Assembly: GCA_034780895.1 (NCBI GenBank)
Contig: JAUZTB010000107.1
Span: forward strand, 33,891,934 to 33,955,933
DNA length: 64,000 bases
Source of the DNA: Rhynchobatus australiae
Taxonomy: Eukaryota
Direction: 5' to 3'
Made by a program: the position numbers and the translations under genes. Of this stretch, positions 39,701 through 52,800 are shown one piece after another. The stretch's first letter is position 1; each line of letters starts with the position of its first letter. The notes under the pieces were generated by a model. The model searched no databases and was not told the origin of the DNA. It worked only from the letters and a program-made list of their open reading frames with translations.

Positions 39701-40351
39701 CAATTTAAAAAAGGACCAAACTACCTTTAAAGTTTTTATAATCATTGCACACTATATTACTGGGTGCTCAGCAAGACCCTCTTTGTCAATATATGCTCTG
39801 TTAAATATCACATGAAGATTATTAGGAATATTTGTTATCTCAGTACTGGCCTACAACACGTTTATTTGAAAAATTTTATAAAATATGTAAAGTTAGCCAA
39901 TGCCAAGAATTTTTTTTGCAATTTGACTCACATTGTCATTAATATCCTATCTGAATGTATCATCTATCACATGAATCTTAAAAATTCTCAATAAAATAGA
40001 AAATATCAGAAATGCAAATAAATCACCCATACACTTTGAGTGTTTTAGGGGTTAGTATATTCTGACATGTACCGACTATGCATTTTATTCAGATATATTT
40101 GATATTAACCTTCACTTTCAAATAGATTGTGTTAATACTGCCAAGTAAATTGGCACAGTTGATGGAAAAAGTCATTTTGCATAGTAACAGAATGACAAAA
40201 TAAAGCTTATTTCTATTTGATCGCAACCTCTGAATATGCAATTCTTCTGTGTTGGCAGCTTCATATTATGAAACCTAAATCAAATCACAGATGAAATAAG
40301 ACCTCAAGGAAACAATACAAACAGTTCATACAATTGCACTCAAAGTTTCAA

Positions 40352-40480
40352 TTGTAACTCAGTTGATAGCCCTCTCACTTATGAGTCAGAAAGTTTAGAT
40401 TCACGTGTCACATCAGAGACTTGTGCACATAAATCTAGGCTGGCATTCCACTGTAAGACTGAGGGAGTTATTCACTCTAA
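40352..40480 (+). mobile_element. Old Deu-type SINE (SacSINE1/AmnSINE-like), 5' part; resumes at ~41168-41330 after a CR1 insertion
   Basis: ctcagttgatagccctctcacttatgagtcagaaag...agagacttgtgcacataaatctaggctggcattccactgtaagactgagggagt. The continuation is gaaaagcatgagagtcattcccatggccctggttaatatt. Confidence 0.6.
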
Positions 40481-41167
40481 ATCCATAGCTCCCTGAAAGT
40501 GCAACACAGGTGGATAGAGTGTGAAAAAACCATTTGATATGCCTGCTTTCATAGGCTGGGGCATTGAGAATAAGAGATGGAACATCACATTGCAGTTGTA
40601 CAAAATATTGGTTAGAATGCAGTTAGAGTATTGTGTACAGTTCTAGTCATCACACAACAGGAAGGATGTAGTAGCAATAGTGAATTGCAGAAGAGATTCA
40701 CCAGGATGTTGCCTGAAATGGAGGGCTGTAGATCTAAGGAGAGATTGGATAAACTGAGTTTATTCTGACTGGAACGCACTTGGCTGAAAGGTTATCTTCT
40801 CGAGGTTTACAAGATTATGAGGGGCATAAGTAGGATAGATAGTCAAAGTTTTTTCCCAGGGCAGAGTCTTGAACTAAATGCCATGGGTTTAAGGTGAGAG
40901 GGGAGAAATTTAAAGGAGATCTGAAAGGTAAGTTTTTCACACAAAGGGTGGAGAATATATAGAAAGAGCTGCTGGGGGAGGTAGTGGAAGCAGATACTAT
41001 TACAACTATTGAAAATGTATTTGGATAGGTACTTGTATAGGAAGGAAGTACAAGGATATGGGCCTAATACGGGGAAAGAAGTATTAGCGTGGATTGGCAT
41101 CATGGTTGGCATGGATGAGGTGCGCCATAAGGGCCCATTTCTGTGCTCTAAGTTTCTATGATTCTAT
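40480..41167 (+). mobile_element. CR1 LINE 3' end
   Basis: Encodes decayed LYKILVR.QLEYCVQF, RFTRMLP and FFTQRV segments and ends in tttctatgattctat. Confidence 0.9.
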
Positions 41168-42749
41168 AGTGAAGGAGAAAAGCATGAGAGTCATTCCCAT
41201 GGCCCTGGTTAATATTGTTAAACCATACTGCTTTCCAAGGAGCTTGCTGAGCTAAAATTGATTGTCATGTTTCTTAAATTGCAACAACTTCCATTTAAGT
41301 AGTGCATTTAACAGAGCAAAAATTTCCCACACATAGTATGAAAGACTTATTTAAGGTATTATTTCATCCATGATTTGATACTAAGCACTTATGACCAAAG
41401 GTTCAGTCAAAGAGATGTGTTTTAACAAGCATATTTTAGTTGGATTAAGTATCAGGACTGAAACTTAGCTGGAGTACAATTATAACTATTACAATAGTGA
41501 TTATTATTTTGAGGATGAAAGATGCTATATCACTACAGCATTTTTATAACCAAGAACCCGATTTTGTTGTTTGAGAGATATGTGTAGTTTATTCTGCAGA
41601 CCCTATATTATGTAAGATTTAAGTATCCAATATATATTAAGATCAAATAATACATACCTAAATGTAAGGCTGTGTGTAATTTATTGTTAATTTATAGATA
41701 TCAAAATATATTGATCACATTTGCAGTTTATTTATATCTGTCTTGCTTATCAAAGGGCACCACCATTTTTAAACTGATTGATTTGGTAAGAATTCATACT
41801 AGAAAAAAGATTCAGATGAATTCTATGGACATTACTGACAAAATATAAAACAAAGGGTGGATTGAAGTTGGCCTGCTAACCTTTAAACAGTAAATATCCT
41901 TCCCTTCCATGAAAAGCCAGGAAAAACAATAAAACACAGCATTGTTTGAGTTGTTGCACCCCTCCCATAATCAGGACACTTCAGAGTGCATTACTCATGA
42001 GCGATAAAACTCCTGGAAATGAGATATGTTGATTATTTTTCATAAATGGCAGATACCAGTGGACCTTTTCACTGTCCTACAGTCCACAGGAGGATCCATG
42101 AAGAAGTACAAACCTTACTGGATTGATTAACCTTTGATCAATTTCATTTTGAATTGGACATTAGATTACAATACTAGCAGCCATTGTAATGTAAAACTTT
42201 AATAATCATACTTTTAAAATTAAAACTGCATTGTGAGAATGTTTGTATCTCAAAACTAACTGAATGGAGACCCAGCTAGATAAATATTTAAATATCTGTC
42301 AGATATGTTACTTACATTTAAAGGCCATACAGTACATTTAATTTTCAATAATGCTTGCAATCTCAAATAAACACACAATATTTGAACTCATTTTTAAATT
42401 TTATACCTGCATTTAGCAGTTATTTACCAATATTACAGTTCACTGCCATGCAATTGTTGAAGCGATAAAATAGAATTAAACCTGCCAGCTATTAACAATA
42501 GTTGCAAGAGGGGCATGAATTACCAAGGGAACTATAGTTTAACATATAGATGCTTATTAAACGGTAGGTGATGTTTCACAGCATTGTTTACAAGTACCTT
42601 GGTGTCAGCAGTATTTGTAATATTCAGCTGATAACCTGATCTTTCATTTTTATTTGTCACTGTTCCCACATTCCAGTTTGGAAGTTGATTTAAATAGGCT
42701 AAATGCAGTCAATGAGAGGCTAATTACTCCCCAATCTCAGTATGAAGCT

Positions 42750-43725
42750 GCAGTATGCAGACAGTACTTGTGTTTGCACCTGCTCAGAAGCCGATCTCCA
42801 ATCTATTGTTAATCATTCACTGAAGCATACGAGAGGTTGCGTTTTACACCCAACATCTTCAAAACAAAGGTCTTCTACCAATCTGTCCCTGCCAACAATA
42901 AACGTTCATAGTAAGATCCTGGAAAACATCAAGCGTTTCTCACATCTCAGGAGACACTTCTCAGCAAAGGTAGACGTTGAAGGTGATATTAACTATCACC
43001 TTCAGTAAGCCAGCACAGCCTTTGTTTGCTTAAGGAAAAGTGTATTTGAAGGTGAAAATCTCAAACCTGCAGAACTCATAGTCTATTGGACAGCAGTGAT
43101 TCCTGCCCTCCGATACATTTCTGACACTTACACTATCTACGCAGGCCTCTCAAGGAACTGTAAAGGAACATCAACACTGTCTCCACAAATTCCTCCAAAT
43201 TCCCTGGAAGGGCAAGTGGTCAGATGTCGGCATTCAAGTTCAGGCCAACGTTTGCATGTTGAGACCTTAGTTACACTCAGTCAGCTATATTGGGCAGGAC
43301 CTACATCATTTGCTTGCCTGACATCCAACTCATAAACAGATACTCCATTCTGAGCTTTGTCACGAAGGGACTAGCAGGTGGACCGAGGAAGAATTCAAGG
43401 ATAGATCAAAGCCTTCTTGAAGAAATGCTACATCTCCATTGATTCCTGGGAATCTCTGGCCTTTAATTGCTCAAAGTAAGAAGAAGCATTCAGAACAGTA
43501 GTGAAAACCTCAGATCCTTGCATCGGGTATGCATAGAAGCCCAGCATAAAAAGCAGGAAGAGTGGAGTACTTCACAAACTACTCACCCATCTCTGCCATC
43601 AGGCATCTCTTACCCCACTAGTGGAGGAGTTTGCAGTTCCCATATTGGCCTCATCTGCCACCTCAGAACCCATAGAACCAAAATGGAAGCAGGTTATCCT
43701 CAATCCTGAGGGATTCCCTCAGAGA
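42750..43725 (+). mobile_element. RTE-clade (BovB-like) LINE, RT C-terminal half and 3' end, decayed
   Basis: LQYADSTCVCTCSEADLQSIV (YADD motif) in ORF 42742..43008. A decayed C-terminal Cys/His motif, YPTSGGVCSSHIGLICHLRTH, in ORF 43467..43709. Confidence 0.85.
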
Positions 43726-44879
43726 TATCTCACCTGGGATAGTGACCAAGTTGCATGAAGGCAATAAAATGACTGGCAATGATTATCTTTACTTCTTTTT
43801 GTATATCTTAAAAAAAATGTTCAGTCATGATTTGTTGGTGCTTCATGTAAACTTGAAAGCTTCTGAACAATTTGATATACAGATACTGGAGGCATCCTTG
43901 AAAGGTACAGAATGTTAGGGAATCAAAACAGTGATAGGAGTTTGGTTTGTCGCTAAGGTACATTCTCATTCCCAGCCAGAATTTTGAGACGAGCAACTAC
44001 ATTTTATAGCAGCAACAATGGGGGCAACTAGAGAGTGAGGAAAACAAATGAGCAAGTCAGCCTGTACTCTTGTGTGCAACTTAGAAATATAAATTCATCC
44101 ATGACTGGATAAGGTAGCCACACCATATTGTTTGATATGCATGTTGAACTCAACTTCTGAATTCTGTTCCACTGTTCAAAGGAACAGTAATTCAGAATGC
44201 AGTTCAATGCATGAATACTGCGATATAATAAGTTTACTGCAAACGACTGATGACGAATTTCTATTCTCTAGGGCATCGTTATGGGGCAACATTGGGTGAG
44301 GACTTGATGTAGGTAGTCTGTCAGGTGGAATAACTATAACTGTAGTGGATGACTGAAGAGAAAAATATAGTTTGTGAAATTTGGCTCCATTATGCTGGTT
44401 AACCAAGAGCTTCAAATAAAAACATGGTTTGAATTGCCAAGTGTCTGTGTAGCATGATGTGTACCGCTCNNNNTCTAGTTACAGTGTTAGGTATTTGAAG
44501 GTCATGCAACATGTATAAATATGCAGATATAATGCAGATTTGAAGACAATGCTGGAAAACAGGACTTCAATGATGCAATTAATACCATACTTTCTACTTG
44601 CAAGGAGAACCAAGCCTTGAGCAACAGGAAGAACACACCCTCACCTGACTTGTCAAGATCATCAGGTTTGCTGGCAAAATGTAGGAGGGTTGATTATCAA
44701 GAAAAACTGGTTTATGTGTGCAGGTCTTCACACAGCTTCTGAAGTCAATAAGGAGTATAGCAGTATTTAAGACTTGCATCCTGTCTTTTTAGCAAACCCC
44801 ACTGTCCCCAAAGATAGAGGGTTTGGTAACCATTTCACTTGGTCCTTGTCATGACATGAAGATTGCGGGGAAGGTCCAA

Positions 44880-45700
44880 ACAGCAGGCCAACCAGCTAGA
44901 AGAGGCAGGTGACGGAAAAGGGGGAAAGGGCCTTCAGCAGGAGGTTTATTCACAAAGGGTTTTCTAACAACAATTTTCCTCCTTGGACTTCAGTGAAGAT
45001 CAGTGCTTCAGGTAATTTTGCTTCTCCAAAGAATGCTGGGGAAATACAATTTATGTTTGTCTCCAAGGTGATATTAGGGTCATCATGGATAAACTCTACT
45101 TCATGAGAATCATCTGCTCCCTTCATGGAAAGTAGTAGATGGTAGAAACACATGGATGCCAGGAGATTGCAGGTACAGTGTGCTTCTGACTGCACTTACA
45201 TTGCTTCAAGGAGGCCACATTTGAATCCTGGACTGCTCTGCAACCTCTAGACTTCTCAGTTCCCTGAAATGCAGCACATCTGTATCTATATTTAGTAGAT
45301 TATGGTGACCACTGTCCATTACCTGGCTGCCAGTCATGATGCTTTCATTTTGCAACAGTATGTTATGCTGTCCATCTTTAAGCCACCATCTCGGATTGAA
45401 GAGTGGCTATGGAGAGACAAGGGTTTACCCTCACTATGACCTTTTGACTCCAAACACAAGATGAGAACTTTCCCACAAAGAAAGCCATTGATCTACTCAT
45501 ATGTGTTTTCAGGCAATACTTCCAGTTTACAGTACAGTACAGTACAAAGTAGGTTTTCAGATTTGTGGTTGCCTGCAGTATCCTCCACAGCCTGGCAAAA
45601 ATGAAGTCCTCATCTGAATCCTCTGATGCAGAACTAGCCTCTGACCTTGCCCTCCTTTTAAGTGCAAACTGTGCTGTTTTGGCAAGCCACTGTCCTGTTC
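44880..45700 (+). mobile_element. Fossil PIF/Harbinger transposase (second element)
   Basis: VQCASDCTYIASRRP (~45172-45218, the DCTH motif), SHDAFILQQ...WLWRDKGLP (~45331-45430, HD and GDKGYP motifs) and FVVACSILHSLA (~45561-45597), all in the expected order. Confidence 0.85.
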
Positions 45701-46589
45701 CTTGCCATTCTTACCATATGCAGACACCACCTCAATGAATACCTCTGTAACACACACTGCGTCTGCATCAGAAGTGGCAGCTGCAAATGCAAAATTGAAT
45801 GTTAATTTGTCTTTTTCTTCAACCTTTCCTTGCTATCCATTCACTGCTTGGCTTGGTTGAATTCCTGTATTTCTGGATCCTAAACCATATTCCTTATTCA
45901 GATTTTCCTGCTTCCTCCTCCATTGTTGCTTACATATAGTGCCTGTTCTTAGTTATCCCTCTGCAGCCAAATAGCCATAAAACTCAGCTTCTCTCCCATT
46001 CTCTCTCATGGAGGAATATCAAATATTCATAATGCAGGAAAAATGTACAGAATTCATCAATATTATAATGCATATAAATGATAAATAGTATATATATTTA
46101 TAAGAATATATGAAACATTTTACAGAATTGTATAATTGATATGTAATTGCAGTTATTTACACCATTTAGTTTACTTCAATCTTTGCATGCATTCCCTTCA
46201 TTTTTAATTATTTTACATATAGGTTTTATCTAATATTTCAATAAACTTATTAATTTTATTTATTTTTGGCATACTATTTAGCTCATAGTAAGAAAAAAAA
46301 TCATTTGCACCACTGCAAAGTATAATAGAAAAGGGTTACATTTAAAATCATGTACACGGTACATTTGCAAAAGCCAGTTGTGCACACTGGTGGCTCTCTC
46401 CTGATACTGCTGATTGTAACTAAGGATATCCTGTATTTTTTTGAGGATAGAAACATGAAAATACAAGATTTATTATAGAAATTTTTTCTGACATATTTTG
46501 TGGTGACTGGAAAAGAAATAAAAGTTACTTANNNNNNNNNNNNNNNNNNNNNNNNNNNNNNNNNNNNNNNNNNNNNNNNNNNNATAATA

Positions 46590-46655
46590 ATAACTTGTAA
46601 ATCACACACACACACATACATATATGTATGTGTGTGTGTGTGATTTACGAGTTAT
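46590..46655. repeat. 66-bp near-perfect palindrome built on (CA)7/(TG)7
   Basis: ataacttgtaaat(ca)7tacata|tatgta(tg)7atttacgagttat. 32 of 33 positions pair and there is no spacer. Confidence 0.9.
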
Positions 46656-47003
46656 ACCTTGTACATGCAAACCACTGCATCTCCTTATTGGACTACTGTA
46701 CACTTTGACGTAGTGCTGTACAATTTTGGTGTGGGCCGTGGTAGAGGAAAGCATTGGTAACATAGCGAACAGGAAGGGATAGCAGTGACAGCAAAGCCAA
46801 AGAAGCAGAAATAAGAGTAGCATTCAGTAAGCTGTCAGAGAAATGTGAATCTTGGAACAGGTTTCTCCCTCGTGGGCTAGCAACCACAGGGACTTAGTAG
46901 AGGCAAGCCTTGGTCCAGTGGCAAGGAGATCCAAGATGTTAGGAGGCCAAGCTCTGTTGCACAGACTTTGCACACACATTTACACAAGCACACACGCAGA
47001 CAT

Positions 47004-47005
<2 letters not shown>

Positions 47006-47046
<41 letters not shown>
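47006..47046. repeat. (AC)n microsatellite
   Basis: About 20 uninterrupted AC units. Confidence 0.95.
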
Positions 47047-47047
<1 letters not shown>

Positions 47048-49659
47048 CTTGCCTGCACACTTTATCTTGGCCTTTGCACCCTCCACATTAATCATGTCTA
47101 CCTTTAGTCTCTCCTCCCTCAGTCTCCCTATCTTTTCCGTTCTCCCGTGTTTGTATGTGTGGTGTGTAACTGCTTCGCTCAGTCTCCTCACTTCCTTGTA
47201 AACCCTCCCCATCAGCTCCCCCTCACTTCACTCACCTCCTTCTCTCTCAGTCCAACTGACTAAGATGGAAGGAGGTGAGTGCTGTCACTTGCCTCTTCAT
47301 GGCTGCTCTCCAACTGACAATCCACCTTGTCCTATGAATGCTCCCCACATGTTTGTCCCAGCAGCCACTTGACCCAAAGCCTGTAGCCTCACTCAGAACC
47401 CTCGGACCTCTCCAGAAAATCTCAGCACCTTCTGCAACCTTACCTGGTGCTGCTTGACACTGGCAGATTAGAGTGTCAGTAAGTGAGTTGGTGGGCCCCA
47501 GCACAACATTTCTTGACCAACAGATATGCATTCATTGTGCAGGAGCATCTCATTCAGCTATTATTGTCACTCAATTTATACAACAACCCTGGATTGAGGG
47601 TACGTCTGTCTCCCTCACTCCTCCTAAACTGAGGGGACTCTGTCTCCCACACTCCTCAACTCAGGGCACCAATGGCCTTTATAAAACATTGCAAAACTGG
47701 GCAAAAAGATGTGAAAAGTAGTGCTGTGGCATTTAACACTCAAATTCATGTGCTACCATGGGAACTGTGCAGCTCCTTTTGAGACCCATGGCAGATCTTG
47801 CATCATTTTCACACTGAACATTGAGAAGCTAAGCAGCGTTGAAGAACTCTCTGCATGACAGCCACAGTGCAGCAACAGGAAAGGCTGCCATGGAGAGGAG
47901 GGAAAGTGGAAGGGGAGGGCATAGTGCTCTCTGTTGACTGGGCCAGCCCACCTGTTTCCCCTGCTCCTCCACCTCAGCCCTCCTGTGAGGCAAGTGGCTT
48001 CAAGTCACTAAGGGCTGCCGATTAATCTGGGGGCCAGGGACCCCATCAGGCAGCTCACAAGTGACCTTTGAAGAGAAAGGAGCTCCATTGTGAAATGAAC
48101 CAAGATTTGCAGTGCTGGTCCTCTAATTGCAGTCACTTTCCCTGTATGATATTCCCCTGTCCACTTGTGAATTAGTAACTAAGGTAAAAGGTGTCTCCCA
48201 GAATCTCCCATTCCTCCTAGCAGTAAAGGAAAACATACACTACATGAGCTGTGAGGTCATTAGCTGTACAAATGCCAGCCATACCAAGGTGAATCAGGCC
48301 TACAAGTGCTCAGTCCAATCTGCCAATGGCCGCTAGATGACTCAGAAATGATGGGTAATGTGCATGAGATGGCTTTTATGTACAATCTTGTGTATATTTC
48401 TCCAGTTTCTAGGTAAGAGTCTCCAAAACAAATATTCCCCTTCAGCAAAAGAAGGCAATCCCTGAAATAGTCCGAAACCCATTCCTAACTCTAAGGGTTG
48501 TGGTACCTACACATACATATTTTTTATTAAATTTTGGAAGTTCTTAACCAAAACCATGTAACTGGGTAACATGGAGTGGAGGCAAAGCGTGGTTAATTCT
48601 GGGTGGAAAATTATTTCCTTCACAGTGGTGCAGGTTCAATCGATGTATGTAACATAGACAAAACATTGTGTAACAATCTTAGAAAAAATTCCTAATCACC
48701 AAGTCAATTGAGTAAATAATCTTCTGACCATTGTCAATTGATTTGCATTCAGTATCACTGATTCCAGAAAGTGGCTTGCAAGTAATTTTGTATGCTGCAA
48801 CTGAGTTCCTTGTACTGCTGTTATAGCTCAATTTCCTGTCACCAAAATTAATACTACCCATGACAGCACTGTATAATGCATACAGGCATTTTTTATGCTT
48901 CATCAGGCCTGGTCTTTCCTTTCACTTCCACTATCACATTAATAGCGCCTTTCACATCTTTTCTATTGTGTGGTGTTCAGTATCATCTCTCCACTGTACA
49001 TGACTTTCACATCCTTCTTACTTAAGTTGCCCCATTAGCTCTTTCTTTGGGCCAGGAAAGAAGTGACCCTTTCACCCTCAAGCATACTATCCTGTGTGCT
49101 TTTGTGTTGTGTTGCCACTAGCAATCAAACAAGATAACATTGATATCGGCTAGGTGTGTGTAAATCACCTCAGACTGATGTTCAAGAGCTTGTTAGACAG
49201 TGAAAGTACCCAGATTCCCCCATGAACTTGCAGCCACTGTCCCAACCACTTATGCTGTCCCTGGTTACCAAGGGCAACTGTTAACATTATAAAGTAACAT
49301 TAACTATCTGGCATTGCTATAGAAGTCGATTAGAGAAGTGTTGCTTCTAATATTATGAATGCATTTGGGCATTTTTCAAAGTGCAAGAAGTTCTTTAATA
49401 AATTTACATCTCAATAATTCTCTGCATTTGTGAAGTTGAGTCTTTGTTTTGGTAAATGAAGACAAAAAAAAGAGGTGTAATTGGGGAAAGAAGAAAGAAG
49501 TACATAATCAAAAGTGGCTGCGAATACATAGATTGTGATTTAATCATTAGTATCTGAATGTTGTTTGATTTCAACCTGACGAAAATATGTTGGGGAGGTT
49601 CAGTTTGCTAGAGAAACAAAATAAGGTGGTTTAACATCAAAACTGGAATGAACAAACAA

Positions 49660-49850
49660 ATTTAGATGGGAGATAAATGTTGGCCAGGACAAAACCCCAG
49701 TCCCACTCTAAGTATGGTGACTGGATCTTTCACGTTCATGTGCCAGGTGATGAGTCCTTGATTCAACAATTTATTTGAAAGCGAATGCAATACTCCAGAA
49801 AGCAGTACTCCTGATGGGGACTGACCAAAGTTGTGTTCAACTGAGGCATA
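49660..49850 (-). mobile_element. Old Deu-type SINE remnant
   Basis: gagataaatgttggccaggaca...ggatctttcacgttca...gcagtactcc looks like the reverse complement of the family seen at 40352-41330. Confidence 0.55.
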
Positions 49851-52800
49851 ACATCCAATCTTGTTTGGGCATTTCATTAATCATACCTATGCAGTAGGTT
49901 TTAGTGATTTATGTTCAGATAAACACTAACCACAGCAATGCCCACTCATTTAAATTGTCCATGTCCTTCATAACAAACTTCTCCCATTATTACAACCCAG
50001 CTAATTTAGTGACTTTTGCAACTCTGAACATACAATCAACTTGCTAGAAATTTCAGTTCTCCCTCTTTTGATGCACTAGACACACGATGCATATGGTGCT
50101 AACAACAACTTAAGTCTCCTGAAAAACATGTAAAATTGGGCAAAAATATGTAAAAATAATGTTACTGCATCGTGCACACCAATTCATTTACTAAAACAGG
50201 ACATGTACAGTTCCTGTTTGGACCTTTTTTTGAGAGCTGTACCATTTTCCTGCTGACTGCTGGGCAGCAAGAACTCACTCACTGACAGCTGCAGAACACT
50301 GACACAGAAAGCTGCCATGGAGGTGAGGGAAAACATGGGGAAAGGAAGTGCAATGCTCACCGGTGCTTCTGGGCACACCCCCCCCTCCCCTTTAGCCAAT
50401 GCACAGGTCCAGTTACTTCCTCTGCCTTGAATAGCACTGTCTATTTTTTGATTACTTTGTATTTGTCCAGGTGTTCAGTCTATATCAATTGACAGACTGC
50501 AGTAACATTTCCACAACTGATGTTAAACTGACAGGTCTACAGTAAGCAGGTTTGTGTTATCTCAAATAATGGAGTGACATTGCGAAAAGCCAACCCAAAG
50601 ACAATGACAAAAGGAAGTGATCTACTGTCCAAAAATGAAAAATTGTGACAGACACCAAAAGTAGGGTACTTATTTCTTTTGAATATTTTGTACAAAACAA
50701 AAAAATAACAATTTGCTAATACATGAGAAACTCTTTTTGGGACACAGGCCAATTGAACAAGTGATTAATCTTATCTGCATATTATTAATATTTGGTTGAT
50801 ACTATTGAAGAAGTATTAATCATAGCTTTCCAAAGTGCTCTAAAAGCAAAGGATCTGCACCATTATGTCGAAGTCTTGCATGCAGTAAACCCTAGCTTTA
50901 CCTTTCAAAGCAATAACATCAGATAATTCACTGGAGCTCCATTCACTTTGCCTTTTCCTACAGTACTTTGGAAAATTATGATTCATACATCTGCAATAAT
51001 ATCAACCAAATATTAAGACAAATACAGATAGTGCAAATCACTTGCTCTCATGGTTCATTTGCCCTGTCTCCCAAAAAACCTCATGCATTGGCAACCTGTT
51101 ATTTTGTGTTTTGTTTAAAATATTCAGAGGAATGGAAGAGATTTTGGTGACTGTCACATCTTTCCAATTTTGGACAGGAGATCACCTCCTTACTTCAGTA
51201 GTGTCACATTGCTGATGAGAATATGCCTATTAGTTTTGACAAGTCAATCATCTCATGAAACAAAAAAAAATGGTAGAAATTCAATGCTTCCTTCTTTAAG
51301 CAGCCAATTAGTTTTCTTGTAGAACTAGAAATGCTTCATACTGAAATCACCAGATGCAAATTCCTTTTNNNNNNNNNNNNNNNNNNNNNNNNNNNNNNNN
51401 NNNNNNNNNNNNNNNNNNNNNNNNNNNNNNNNNNNNNNNNNNNNNNNNNNNNNNNNNNNNNNNNNNNNNNNNNNNNNNNNNNNNNNNNNNNNNNNNNNNN
51501 NNNNNNNNNNNNNNNNNNNNNNNNNNNNNNNNNGTTAGAATTGTTTGAGTACAAGATTTCTATGATTATTCCTCACAACTGTGCTCGCATTGTGAGAGGC
51601 AGGATAACAGGGCTGAATTTTGTCTGTATACAGTATTGGCAAACCCACACAAAATGACTGCTAGATAGCTATCAGAAACAAAAATCATTGCTGAGTAAGT
51701 TAATGTTCCTACCAATACTCAACAATAGCTAAAGCTGCTCTCTTCCTTTCCCTCCCAAACAAAACAAATATTTGTCTTCCTACTAAAACATGTTGGCTCC
51801 TTGCTGAGGCACAGTCTCAAGACAGCTGCCCACCAATTAACCAAAACACTATTTTTCACAAACTTCAGATAATAACTACTTACTAATGAGAGCCATCACA
51901 GTCATGCAAATACCATGAAATAGTTAAGTCACAGTGATTGTTTTTTCTTCCCCGGCTCAAAGTTGGAGATTAGGTGAAGCACCACTGTCTACTGAGGGCA
52001 GTTGACTTTGCTTTCTGGTTTGTATGGCTCAGGTGCACAACAACAGTGTGAAACTTTTCCTCGTTCTGTCAATTGTGATTTTACCAAATGTGCTATTTAG
52101 GAAGTGACTAATTTGGCACACANNNNNNNNNNNNNNNNNNNNNNNNNNNNNNNNNNNNNNNNNNNNNNNNNNNNNNNNNNNNNNNNNNNNNNNNNNNNNN
52201 NNNNNNNNNNNNNNNNNNNNNNCACATAAGGTTAATATAGCTACACTTCAGGCCCCGATATCCTGAAAAATGTTCCTCAGAATTCACTTTGTGAAATTGA
52301 AAACAGCACTTAATGAAAATAACTTTCCAAAGCTTTTTTAAGAATACAGTGGCCCCAAAGTGAAAGGAGAGATGTTCAGAAATGTGACTGAGGTATAGGT
52401 TGAAAATATAGTTCTTATAGAGACTTTAATGTGAGACAGAAAAGTAGAAAGAAGGAGGAATTAAGGGTAGACTTCCAAGGAGTAGGGTCAAACAACCAAA
52501 AATCTTCTCATTGCCATTTGATCCTGCAATCTTTTCAAAATTCAAGTGGAGCAATGATCATTGGCTATACCAGTCTTTGGATGTTTGGATATCTGAAAGG
52601 GAATTAGATGTCTTTCCATATTGAAAGAACACATTTTCAATAATAGATTTAAGGCAAAGTCTGAGGGGACAAAAAAAAGAGATTTCTAAAGTATAAGAAA
52701 GCCTAAAGAGCTGTTCAAGGGAACTATAGAATTTTTACATCACAGCTAGCCATTTAGCATTGTCACACAGTGTGAATTTTCATTTTTGATTTTCAAATGA

